A stretch of DNA of 56,849 nt from a virus (lineage: Duplodnaviria > Caudoviricetes): positions 1-56,849 of IMG/VR virus record IMGVR_UViG_3300019871_000001; one strand, given 5' to 3'. Below the pieces are notes generated by a model. That model was given only the letters and a program-made list of their open reading frames with translations, was not told the DNA's origin and did not search any database. Shown here in pieces: positions 7,945 through 16,596 of the stretch (within the stretch, counting starts at the first letter, position 1; each line of letters begins with the position of its first letter). The translations under genes were made by a program, and so were the position numbers.

Positions 7945-9009
7945 ATGGCTTACCAGAATGAGGTATCGCCGAACCGCGATGACCGCCACCAGGGACGCCT
8001 TGCGTATCTCACAGATGATTTGCTTCCTAAGGAAGTAACTGGTCTGTTGTGGGAGCAGGCACAGGAAGCTTCGCTAGTTCTTCGTCTTGGTCGTCAGGTA
8101 CCCGTGGGTTACGGCGAGACTGTTATCCCAATGTCGAGCGTTGAGCCTGAGGTTGGTCAGGTTGGTGTGGGTACACGCCCACAGGACCGTGAGGGTTACC
8201 GTAAGCCTGTGAGTGGTATCGCGTGGGAGAGCCAGTCTTTCGCACCGATCAAGCTTGCTACCATCGTAACGGCGTCTGAGGAGTTCGCTCGCGCCAACAT
8301 CAATGGTATGTGGAGCAACATCACTTCACAGCTTGCACGCGCCATCGGCCGTGGTATCGACCTTGCTGTCTTCCAGGGTAAGCGCCCTGACAACGGTGAC
8401 CCGCTTCTTGGCATCACCAACAACGGTTACGTGAACCTTGCGCCTAACCCTATCAACTACCCTACAACTCCTGACTCTCTGGACGTTGACCTTACGAACG
8501 CTTGGGCTACCCTTGTAAACCGAGGATACAACCCTAACGCTTGGGCAATCGACCAGCGCTTCGTACCGCCTGTCCTTACCGCTCGTGACGCTCAGGGTAA
8601 CTTGATCTTCACTGGTGGACTTAACTTGGCTCAGAACTCCTTGGGTAACCTTGCGGGTCTTCCAGTTGAGCAGGGTCGCGCAGTAAGCGGAACTGTTGGT
8701 ATGGGAACTGACACTGGAACGCGTGCCGTTCTTGGTGACTGGTCTCGTTTGGTTTATGGTTACGCTGACCAGGTTCGCATTAAGGTCACCGACACTGGTG
8801 TAATTACCAGCGCCGATGGCACGCAGGTTAACCTTTGGCAGACTAACCAGGTCGCTATCTTGATCGAGACTACGTTCGGGTGGTTGGTTGACCCTAACGC
8901 TTTCGTTCGCCTTACCGACACTGCTGGAATCGTTCCTGGTACTACTACTCCTGCTGGCGAGAGCGCAGCGGATGCAGTTCCTACCGAGTTCCCTGGTCCG
9001 GCTAGCTAA
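7945..9009 (+). CDS. major capsid protein (HK97 fold)
   Basis: PIKLATIVTASEEFAR, GDWSRLVYGYADQ, NLWQTNQVAILIE resemble L5 gp17. Confidence 0.93.
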   Translation: MAYQNEVSPNRDDRHQGRLAYLTDDLLPKEVTGLLWEQAQEASLVLRLGRQVPVGYGETVIPMSSVEPEVGQVGVGTRPQDREGYRKPVSGIAWESQSFAPIKLATIVTASEEFARANINGMWSNITSQLARAIGRGIDLAVFQGKRPDNGDPLLGITNNGYVNLAPNPINYPTTPDSLDVDLTNAWATLVNRGYNPNAWAIDQRFVPPVLTARDAQGNLIFTGGLNLAQNSLGNLAGLPVEQGRAVSGTVGMGTDTGTRAVLGDWSRLVYGYADQVRIKVTDTGVITSADGTQVNLWQTNQVAILIETTFGWLVDPNAFVRLTDTAGIVPGTTTPAGESAADAVPTEFPGPAS

Positions 9010-9021
9010 TCTCCCGTGAAC

Positions 9022-9058
9022 GGGGAGGGTGTTCCCGTTTGGGGCCGCCCTCCCCTTT
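9022..9058 (+). terminator. hairpin/terminator after capsid gene
   Basis: GGGGAGGGTG...CGCCCTCCCC followed by TTT. Confidence 0.6.
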
Positions 9059-9084
9059 CGCATTTTCAGAGCATGGAAGGTGCT

Positions 9085-9474
9085 ATGAAATCCTGCCATA
9101 TTTACCAGTGTGAAGTAAAGCATTACGGTCGCGGGTTTTGTCGACGACACTACAGTTCTTTGTTTCGTGGCGGTGTCTTTGGAAACTACGTTAGGCCAGA
9201 ACCTAAGCCACCACGTGTGTCACAGTGGAAACACGATAAGTACGGCTACGTAAAAACTTCCATTGGAAATAAGACAGTATCACAGCACCGACTAGTAATG
9301 GAAATCATGCTTGATCGTCCTTTGCTTTCTGGTGAAGAAGTGCACCACAAGAACGGTGTTCGCGACGATAACCGGCCGGAAAATCTAGAGTTGTGGGTCG
9401 TCAGTCAACCCAAGGGCCAGCGTCCTGAAGACCTAGTAGAATGGGCAGAAGAAATTCTCAGGCGGTACAAATGA
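9085..9474 (+). CDS. HNH homing endonuclease
   Basis: QHRLVME...EVHHKNGVRDDNRPENLEL; N-terminal C..C/CRRHY Zn motif. Confidence 0.9.
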   Translation: MKSCHIYQCEVKHYGRGFCRRHYSSLFRGGVFGNYVRPEPKPPRVSQWKHDKYGYVKTSIGNKTVSQHRLVMEIMLDRPLLSGEEVHHKNGVRDDNRPENLELWVVSQPKGQRPEDLVEWAEEILRRYK

Positions 9475-10478
9475 AGGTTTTGTTTTTCTGTCATTTTTGG
9501 CCACCCTTCCACTTTGCTGGCTCAGAGGTTATGGGTCAGAACATCTTCAGGCATCTGCGCGAGGCAGGACATGAAACTGTCGTTGTCGCAACACATGAAT
9601 TTGACGCCCCTCTTGAGTGGGATTTTGAAGGTACTCGATGTGTTCGCACGGACACGGGACTTACAGCTTTTGAGTTGACAAGGCGTGAGGCACCTGATGT
9701 CATTTTGACGCATCACGGTGAGACCGCACCAGCACGTTCGTATGCTGAGTATCTTGATGTGCCCTTGGTCCAGGTGATCCACAATAACATGTCTTACAGC
9801 GATGTCAACCTTGGCTATGGCGCTGACTACGTTGTTTATAACACTGACTATCTACAGGCGCATTACAGGCGTTTTGGATATGACAGCTGTGTCCTCCACC
9901 CCCCTGTGTTCGCCGCTGACCACCACACCGTATCAGGTGATAAGGTGACGTTGGTAAATTTGAATGTGGACAAGGGCAGCGGCATTTTTTACGCTTTGGC
10001 CGACCGCATGCCGGATGTTGAGTTCATGGGCGTTGAGGGCGGACATGGCGGGCAAATCTTTGAGGCGCGCAGCAATGTAGTCTTTCAACGACAAACTACA
10101 AACATGCGTGACGATGTGTGGAGTAAGACTCGAATTGTTTTGATGCCGAGCATTTACGAGAGTTATGGCATGGTGGGTGTTGAGGCTATGGCGTCAGGCA
10201 TCCCTGTTATTGCCACCCCGACCTTTGGCTTGAAGGAGTCCTTGGGTTATGCGGGAACCTTCGTTGGTCGAGACGATCTTGATGCGTGGGAACGCAGCAT
10301 CCGCCACTTGTTGAACGAAGCGAATTACGCAGAGAAGTCAAGCCAAGCGTTGCGTCGTAGCGCTGAACTCGATCCTAATCGAGAACTGGCAAACGTAACC
10401 CTTGAACTTGAAAGGCTGGTGGAACAGTGGCCTACGCTACCCCGGCAGACGTCGCGGCCCGTATCGGTCGTGAGCTAA
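9471..10478 (+). CDS. GT-B (GT4-like) glycosyltransferase
   Basis: AGSE, GHET, KG, MPSIYESYGMVGVEAMASGIPVI (EX7E motif). Confidence 0.9.
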   Translation: MKVLFFCHFWPPFHFAGSEVMGQNIFRHLREAGHETVVVATHEFDAPLEWDFEGTRCVRTDTGLTAFELTRREAPDVILTHHGETAPARSYAEYLDVPLVQVIHNNMSYSDVNLGYGADYVVYNTDYLQAHYRRFGYDSCVLHPPVFAADHHTVSGDKVTLVNLNVDKGSGIFYALADRMPDVEFMGVEGGHGGQIFEARSNVVFQRQTTNMRDDVWSKTRIVLMPSIYESYGMVGVEAMASGIPVIATPTFGLKESLGYAGTFVGRDDLDAWERSIRHLLNEANYAEKSSQALRRSAELDPNRELANVTLELERLVEQWPTLPRQTSRPVSVVS

Positions 10479-10873
10479 CACCCGAAGAGACAATTCAGGT
10501 CGGCGAACTCCTTGAGGACGTTGAGGCGCTTATCAAGTTGCGCATCCCTGATCTTGACGCCAAGGTTGCTGATGGGACTATCCCTGAGCGCATTGTTGTC
10601 ATGGTGGAAGTGAATGCAGTAGTTCGTGTTCTACGCAACCCTGAGGCGTATGTCTCCGAGACTGACGGAAACTACAGTTACACACGCGCTACGAACGGTG
10701 CCACAGGCTATCTTGACCTCCTACCTATTGAGTGGGATTGGTTGTTTGGTGGAAATGGGATGTTTCAGATTATCCCGATCTCCCCTTATGGTGAAAGTGT
10801 CGAGGGCGCTAGGCAGCCCAACGCCCATTATTGGTGCCCTCCATCGTGGGGATTCACAGTTAGGGTGCCTTAA
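10427..10873 (+). CDS. head-to-tail adaptor (L5 gp19-like)
   Basis: MAYATPADVAARIGREL; RNPEAYVSETDGNYSY. Confidence 0.88.
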   Translation: MAYATPADVAARIGRELTPEETIQVGELLEDVEALIKLRIPDLDAKVADGTIPERIVVMVEVNAVVRVLRNPEAYVSETDGNYSYTRATNGATGYLDLLPIEWDWLFGGNGMFQIIPISPYGESVEGARQPNAHYWCPPSWGFTVRVP

Positions 10874-11232
10874 TGTCTCTCCTTGACGTAGGACGTGAAA
10901 CCGTAACGGTGTATCACGATGAAATTGTTACATCTCCTGATGGTAACATCATGCATCGCGCCTCCGCTACCGATGTTGACGTGATTGACAATTGTGCAGT
11001 TCAGGTAGCAGCACAGAGTGGAACGTCAGCTAGGCGCGCGGAGCAGGACGAAGAGGGCTACAACACCGAAGAGGTGTATCGTTTCCGCCCACCACGTTCC
11101 TACACTCGGCGTATTGGGTTCAACGCTGAGGCATTGTGGCGAGGCGAGCGCTGGCAAATCATCGGTAAGCCTAAGGAATTTAATGGTTCCGACAACACTT
11201 ACCACACAGACTACACATTGAGGAGGACGTGA
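10873..11232 (+). CDS. head-to-tail stopper (L5 gp20-like)
   Basis: MSLLD, GTSARRAEQDEEG; synteny. Confidence 0.82.
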   Translation: MSLLDVGRETVTVYHDEIVTSPDGNIMHRASATDVDVIDNCAVQVAAQSGTSARRAEQDEEGYNTEEVYRFRPPRSYTRRIGFNAEALWRGERWQIIGKPKEFNGSDNTYHTDYTLRRT

Positions 11233-11549
11233 TGAGCGTCGAAATTCTCAATGAAAAGAATATGAACAAGAAGATTTCTCACCTTCCTGGTGTTGTGCAG
11301 AGTGTTCGTGGTGTTGCTGGTGAACTTGCGGGCATCGCTAACGGGCGTCTCGCTCCTCATCGACGCACGGGTCAGGCTCACATTGAAGTGTCGCATGGTA
11401 AGGTTGATGCTTACGTATCCCTTGTCGATCCTGCTGCGCTGAGCATTGAGTTTGGTCATTACTACGGCCGCCAGGAACTTGGGACACGCCGAACATTCGT
11501 TCGTGGGTTGCATTTGTTCATTGATTGGTACCATGAGGGGATCTTGTAA
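11229..11549 (+). CDS. neck/connector protein (L5 gp21-like)
   Basis: VSLVDPAALSIEFGH motif; synteny. Confidence 0.75.
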   Translation: MMSVEILNEKNMNKKISHLPGVVQSVRGVAGELAGIANGRLAPHRRTGQAHIEVSHGKVDAYVSLVDPAALSIEFGHYYGRQELGTRRTFVRGLHLFIDWYHEGIL

Positions 11550-11962
11550 TGCCAGTTACAGAGATTCCTCGCGTACAGGAAATCATCATCCCATTGTTGC
11601 GTGCAGCATTCCCTACGGTACAGGTCGTCTCTTGGGTTCCCGAGATCACTGACCGTCAGTACCCAATCTTGAATGTGCGCCGCGCGGGAGGATATCCTGT
11701 TGATCCTAGACTTCTTGATCGCGGGACGGTCGAGTTGACCTCTTACGGGGATGTGAACCTGGAAGAGACTGAGCAACTTCTGAAGCGCACGCAAATTGCG
11801 CTATGGGATGCCGTACAGAATCAAACCGTAGTTCCTGGTGTTGGTTATCTGCACTCGTACAGGCAAACCTTCGGACCAACACAATTTGATAGCCCATATG
11901 ATAACACATGGCGCGTTCAGAGTCTGGTTCAGTTTGGGTTTAGGCCCCTACCAGCACCTTAA
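11549..11962 (+). CDS. tail terminator
   Basis: PRVQEIIIPLLR...GYLHS...GPTQFDSPYDNTWRVQ (L5 gp22-like). Confidence 0.82.
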   Translation: MPVTEIPRVQEIIIPLLRAAFPTVQVVSWVPEITDRQYPILNVRRAGGYPVDPRLLDRGTVELTSYGDVNLEETEQLLKRTQIALWDAVQNQTVVPGVGYLHSYRQTFGPTQFDSPYDNTWRVQSLVQFGFRPLPAP

Positions 11963-11976
11963 AGGAGAATTAACAA

Positions 11977-12561
11977 ATGCCACATATTGATGAAGCTGTA
12001 CTAACACCGGGAACAGGATTCATTTTCGTTGCCGCGCCTGGTACGGCACGCCCTTCTGAGGCTCTCATCGAGAGCTACACCGCCATGGATGACACTCACT
12101 TCCCTGGCTATTCGTCTATTGGCCACACGTCCCGCGACGACCTTCCACAGTTCGGTTTTGATGGTGGAGACACCGCCGTTCAGGGAACTTGGAGCAACGC
12201 TAACTTCCGTGAGGTTGTTACCGAGGCACCTAGTGACTTCGTGACCTTCAATGCCTTGCAGTTCGATGAGCAGGTGTTGGGGTTGTATTACTCTCAGGTT
12301 GATGCTATCAATAACGATGGTATCCTTGAGGTAACGAATGCACCAACATCTACTATCAACAAGGCGCTCTTGGTTATTGTGGTTGATGGGCCGCGACGTG
12401 TCGCTTTCCACGCAGCCTCAACATCCATCCGTCGTGAAGACGCCATCCAGTTTGCTACGGATGCGTTCGCCGCGTTCCCATTGCGTGCTACGTTCCTTAA
12501 GCTTGCTGCGAACCCTATCTATTCTTGGGTTGGCGTAAGTGGAGTGCCGCTAGCCAGCTAA
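11977..12561 (+). CDS. major tail (tube) protein
   Basis: GHTSRDDLPQFGFDGGDT..GTW; L5 gp23-like. Confidence 0.92.
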   Translation: MPHIDEAVLTPGTGFIFVAAPGTARPSEALIESYTAMDDTHFPGYSSIGHTSRDDLPQFGFDGGDTAVQGTWSNANFREVVTEAPSDFVTFNALQFDEQVLGLYYSQVDAINNDGILEVTNAPTSTINKALLVIVVDGPRRVAFHAASTSIRREDAIQFATDAFAAFPLRATFLKLAANPIYSWVGVSGVPLAS

Positions 12562-12580
12562 GCAAAAAGTTGTATGTAGT

Positions 12581-12617
12581 ATGCCAATAGAGGCCCTTAC
12601 GGGGTTTCTATTGGCAT
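12581..12617 (+). terminator. hairpin after major tail gene
   Basis: ATGCCAATAGAGGCCC/GGGTTTCTATTGGCAT inverted repeat. Confidence 0.65.
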
Positions 12618-12635
12618 ATTTCATTTGGAGGGATT

Positions 12636-13007
12636 GTGGCTACAAAGAGTAAGGTGTTCTCACTAGACACCTATGAGAAGGACGCTGACAAGGATTACGC
12701 AGCATATCAGATTCGTGTCGATGCTGACACTGTCGTGACGCTGAAGAACCCTCTGCGTATCAAGGACGCACAGCGCGAACGCCTGTTCGAACTTCTACCT
12801 CAACTAACGTTTGAAAACGACACTCCCACATCAGAGGATGTGAAGCGCATCGCCCCATTGATGATTGAGATTCTTGAATCTGTGGGCGACGACAACGTTG
12901 GTAAGTTGATCGAGCGCGTGGCGGGAGATCTCAGCGTCACCATGGCAATCTTCCAGGATTATTTCAAGGAGATTGGCTTGGGGGAAGCATCACTCTCGGA
13001 AGACTAA
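12636..13007 (+). CDS. tail assembly chaperone (short form)
   Basis: Between tail tube and tape measure; ends with slippery site at IGLGEA. Confidence 0.85.
   Translation: MATKSKVFSLDTYEKDADKDYAAYQIRVDADTVVTLKNPLRIKDAQRERLFELLPQLTFENDTPTSEDVKRIAPLMIEILESVGDDNVGKLIERVAGDLSVTMAIFQDYFKEIGLGEASLSED
12980..12986 (+). other. programmed -1 frameshift site GGGGGAA
   Basis: The -1 frame is open from 12980 into ORF 13028..13387. Confidence 0.85.
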
Positions 13008-13027
13008 TTCACGATCATCCTGAGGAG

Positions 13028-13387
13028 ATGTTCGCTGATTTTCGAGAGTATTACAACATTAGGTTGTCGGATGTGTTGCGCTTTGACGGCAGTCTTCCTG
13101 TATGGGAGGCTGTCGTTCTTGCGAAGCAACTTCCGCATTCCTCTCGCACAATGGCCTGCCTTCAGGGCGGGATTGAGTATTGGGGTTGGACATTTGATCG
13201 TCACGTAATGGTGGCGTTGTTGGACGCTATGACCATTCAGAACTATGCGTTTATCTCTGCTCATACAGAGACAAAGATTCCTAAGCCTCGCCCCGTGGAA
13301 CGTCCTGGGGATGAAGAGCGTAGGCGTGTAGAAGCACAGAACAACCCGTTTGCTCAGATGGTTAATCATCAGCTTAAGAAGCTTTAG
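13028..13387 (+). CDS. tail assembly chaperone, frameshift extension
   Basis: ADFREYYNIRLSD...LPHSSR...GWTFDR...PKPRPVERP (L5 gp25-like). Confidence 0.82.
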   Translation: MFADFREYYNIRLSDVLRFDGSLPVWEAVVLAKQLPHSSRTMACLQGGIEYWGWTFDRHVMVALLDAMTIQNYAFISAHTETKIPKPRPVERPGDEERRRVEAQNNPFAQMVNHQLKKL

Positions 13388-13399
13388 TTAGGAGGCGAC

Positions 13400-15733
13400 A
13401 TGGCGGGACCAGGCGGTACAGAGGTAGGTCGTGTCTCAGTCAAGGTCGTCCCTGATGTAGACGGCTTTCGTGAGAAGGTTAAGAAGGAACTTGAAGAAGT
13501 CGACAAGATGTCGGCTGAAGTTGAGGTAGAAATTGACCTCACCAAGTTCAAGGCGCAAATTGATGAGATCAAGGCGCTCCTTAAGTCTATCGGTGATGAG
13601 ACTGTAAAGGTCAACATCGATCAGTCGGGCGCTGCTGGTGGCTTGGGCAAGCTTGGCGATGACCTGAAGAAGTCTGCCAAGGAGGCTGAGGGTCTTGGCA
13701 AGAAGATGAAGGATGTTGTCGATGGCGATGACGAAAAGCGTCTCGGCAAGTTTGCACGTCTAACGCAGAACTTTGGACAGTTTTTGGGTCAGGCGGCAAA
13801 TGCTGCATCGAACCTAGCAGGTCAGGTTGGTTCCGCGCTTATGGGCGCTTTGCAGTCTGCTGGTAGTTCGTTGACATCGTTGATTCTGTCGATGGTGTTG
13901 TGGATTCCTTTGCTTAGCGCTGCTGCTGGTGGCATCCTGTTCCTTGGTGGTGCTATTGCTGCTGGGTTGGGTGGATTGCCTGTTGCTTTGACAGCGCTTG
14001 GCGCGCCCATTGCTGCTGTGATTTTGGGTTTTGATGGTATTAAGAAGGCCGCTGCCCAGCTTGGTCCTGAGGTTGATAAGCTAAAGGCCCGACTTAGCAA
14101 CACGTTTGCTAAGGAACTTACTCCTGTCTTCGCGCAGTTGAAGCAACTATTCCCTGTCATTTCTGATGGGCTGAATGGTGCTGCCAAGGGCGTATCAGCG
14201 TTGGTTGGTGAGCTTGTGAAGGTTGTCACAAGCACAAAGAATGTGGAGAACCTTAAGAACGCCTTCCAGGGCGTACAGGACTTCCTAAAGGCTATCACTC
14301 CTGGCGTTGGTAAGTTCATTGATTCACTATTGCAGATCGCTGGTGTCACGAAGTTCTACAAGATCTTCGGTGATACTATTAGTGATGTCTTGATTAAGTT
14401 CAAGGGTTTCTTTGATCAGAGTTTGGCAGATGGAAGTCTTGAGAAGGGGTTGGGGAACCTTCAGAAGACACTTGTCAGTGTTACAGGTATGTTCTCCGCG
14501 TTGTTGCGTAATGCCTTGAAGTTCTTCAATGGTGCTGCACCAGGAATGAACAAGTTCTTCGATCAACTGTCTTCATTCTTCTTGAAGATTGATTGGGAGC
14601 GCCTTGGTAAGGCGTTTGGAGATGTCTTTGACTTGCTGGGTAAGGCAATCTCTGAGATTCCTCCACAGACAATCGAGGACATCACTAAGGCATTTGAGGG
14701 CTTGGCTAGCAGCATTGGCGCGCTGGTTAGCGGTAAGAGTTTTGATGTAATCATCTCTGCATTTACAGCGTTCATTAAGATTGTGCGCTTCGCTATCGAT
14801 GCGTTGAACTTTTTCCTTGAGGCGTTCGCCGCTGTGGGAGATTTCTTCAGCTCAATTCCAGATAAGTTGAGTGCTGTTGGAGACGCGTTTGGCACGTTCT
14901 TTGATGCGCTTGGAACTATCATCTCTACTAAGTTCCAGGGCATCATTGATTTCTTCTCCTCAATTCCTGACAGGATCAAGAGCGCAATTGGGGATGTTGT
15001 CACTCCTCTAATTGCTAAGGGTAAGGAGATGATCGACGGACTAGCGCTGGGAATCTCTAATGCGTTCTTCAATGTTCAGGCGTTCTTCATTGCCATTCCT
15101 GGTAAGATCAGCGGATTCTTTGCTGGTGTCGGTGGGTGGTTGAGGGACAAGGGTACACAGCTTATTAACGGTTTGCGTGATGGCATTGTCAGTGCCTTCA
15201 ACGCAGTGGTGGGATTCTTCCAGAGTATCCCTTCTCGTGTGGCAGGGTTCTTCTCAGGCGCAGGGTCGTGGTTGTTGCGTGCTGGTGCCTCCATCATTGA
15301 TGGTTTGGTTCGTGGTATTTCGAGCGCGTTCGGTCGTGTGACAAGTATCCTTGGTAAGTTGACGGCTTTGATTCCTTCGTGGAAGGGACCATATTCTAAG
15401 GATAAGGTTCTTTTGACGAAGAATGGTAAGATCATTATGCAGAGTTTGCAGGATGGTTTGAGCGCAGGGTTCACTCCCGTTCAGCAGATGTTGGATGGTA
15501 TGACCGACAACATTGCTTCGACGTTCGATAGTGGGGCGTTGGCGGCGAGCATGCGCGTATCGGGCGCTGACATTGCAGCAGTTGGAACATCGCAGTTGAA
15601 CGTGGCTGGTAACGTGACGGGAGTTAGTGCCGAGATCGTTGAGGCTATGACAGGCTGGACCGTTGAGATTGATGCTAACGGAATCGCACGCCTTGTTAAT
15701 AAGGCTAACAATGTAAGGGCAAGGCGAGGATAA
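13400..15733 (+). CDS. tape measure protein
   Basis: 777 aa; EVGRVSVKVVPD N-terminus; Ala/Gly-rich amphipathic repeats. Confidence 0.92.
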   Translation: MAGPGGTEVGRVSVKVVPDVDGFREKVKKELEEVDKMSAEVEVEIDLTKFKAQIDEIKALLKSIGDETVKVNIDQSGAAGGLGKLGDDLKKSAKEAEGLGKKMKDVVDGDDEKRLGKFARLTQNFGQFLGQAANAASNLAGQVGSALMGALQSAGSSLTSLILSMVLWIPLLSAAAGGILFLGGAIAAGLGGLPVALTALGAPIAAVILGFDGIKKAAAQLGPEVDKLKARLSNTFAKELTPVFAQLKQLFPVISDGLNGAAKGVSALVGELVKVVTSTKNVENLKNAFQGVQDFLKAITPGVGKFIDSLLQIAGVTKFYKIFGDTISDVLIKFKGFFDQSLADGSLEKGLGNLQKTLVSVTGMFSALLRNALKFFNGAAPGMNKFFDQLSSFFLKIDWERLGKAFGDVFDLLGKAISEIPPQTIEDITKAFEGLASSIGALVSGKSFDVIISAFTAFIKIVRFAIDALNFFLEAFAAVGDFFSSIPDKLSAVGDAFGTFFDALGTIISTKFQGIIDFFSSIPDRIKSAIGDVVTPLIAKGKEMIDGLALGISNAFFNVQAFFIAIPGKISGFFAGVGGWLRDKGTQLINGLRDGIVSAFNAVVGFFQSIPSRVAGFFSGAGSWLLRAGASIIDGLVRGISSAFGRVTSILGKLTALIPSWKGPYSKDKVLLTKNGKIIMQSLQDGLSAGFTPVQQMLDGMTDNIASTFDSGALAASMRVSGADIAAVGTSQLNVAGNVTGVSAEIVEAMTGWTVEIDANGIARLVNKANNVRARRG

Positions 15734-16593
15734 TGGCTTGGGATCCGGCTACATGGTATATCGGGTGGTTGGGTGAGATGCGTGCTCTCCCAACCCCTGA
15801 GGTAGGTTTGTCGAACGTCGAAGAGCGCTTCGGTGGCGTTCATCAGGGGTTGAATGGCGCTAGGACTATGGACACGTTGGGTACGCGCTTGCGTTACGAC
15901 ATGTCTTTCCGTTATTACAACAATGATGACCTAGCGTTTCTCCGCGCCCTATACACACAAATGATTCCAGGGCCTCATTACCTGATCAATCCTATGCACA
16001 AGAATCTGCTATCGCTTCAGGCTAGTGCTGGCTACTCACACACTCTTAACGATCTTGGTTTGTCTTTCCGTAAGGAGGTGAACCGTGAGTACGCAAACGA
16101 TTACCCTACAGGTTTGGACATCACAGGTTCGCGCTCGGTTAAGGCCACCACGCAGTCCGTTACGTCTGGGTACGTCAGGTTTGATGGTGAGACGAAGTTT
16201 GCTCCTTGGCAGGCTGGTCAAACAATGACGTTCTCCGTTTACATGAAGGCTGATGTAGCTTACACAGCGAACTTTGTTGGCGATACTGTGGACAAGAACG
16301 GAACTACTGCTGCGTCTGCCGGGACATTTGCTAAGAACATTACTACATCGTGGGCACGATATAGTATGACAGTGACACAGGCTGGTGTTCAGGCGGGGCT
16401 TCGTCCGGCAATCATTTTCCCTACAGGAACAAACCTTAACCTTTATTTTGCGGCGCCGCAGTTGGAGATGGGTGCATCACCTACAACGTTCAAGTTTGGG
16501 GGTGGCGTGTCTAAGATTTTCATTGATCAGATGACATCAACGTCACCACGTTTCCCATTGAACGAGGTTGACATGACACTTTTGGAGGCGTAA
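15733..16593 (+). CDS. minor tail protein (distal-tail-like with carbohydrate-binding insert)
   Basis: Follows TMP; TFSVYMKA...WARYSMT...APQLEMGASPT. Confidence 0.7.
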   Translation: MAWDPATWYIGWLGEMRALPTPEVGLSNVEERFGGVHQGLNGARTMDTLGTRLRYDMSFRYYNNDDLAFLRALYTQMIPGPHYLINPMHKNLLSLQASAGYSHTLNDLGLSFRKEVNREYANDYPTGLDITGSRSVKATTQSVTSGYVRFDGETKFAPWQAGQTMTFSVYMKADVAYTANFVGDTVDKNGTTAASAGTFAKNITTSWARYSMTVTQAGVQAGLRPAIIFPTGTNLNLYFAAPQLEMGASPTTFKFGGGVSKIFIDQMTSTSPRFPLNEVDMTLLEA

Positions 16594-16596
16594 GGA

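Noticed and set aside
8326-9150. Long antisense ORFs (e.g. 8326..9150, 43756..44499, 53077..53724)
   Set aside because: Shadow frames of well-supported genes, with no recognisable motifs
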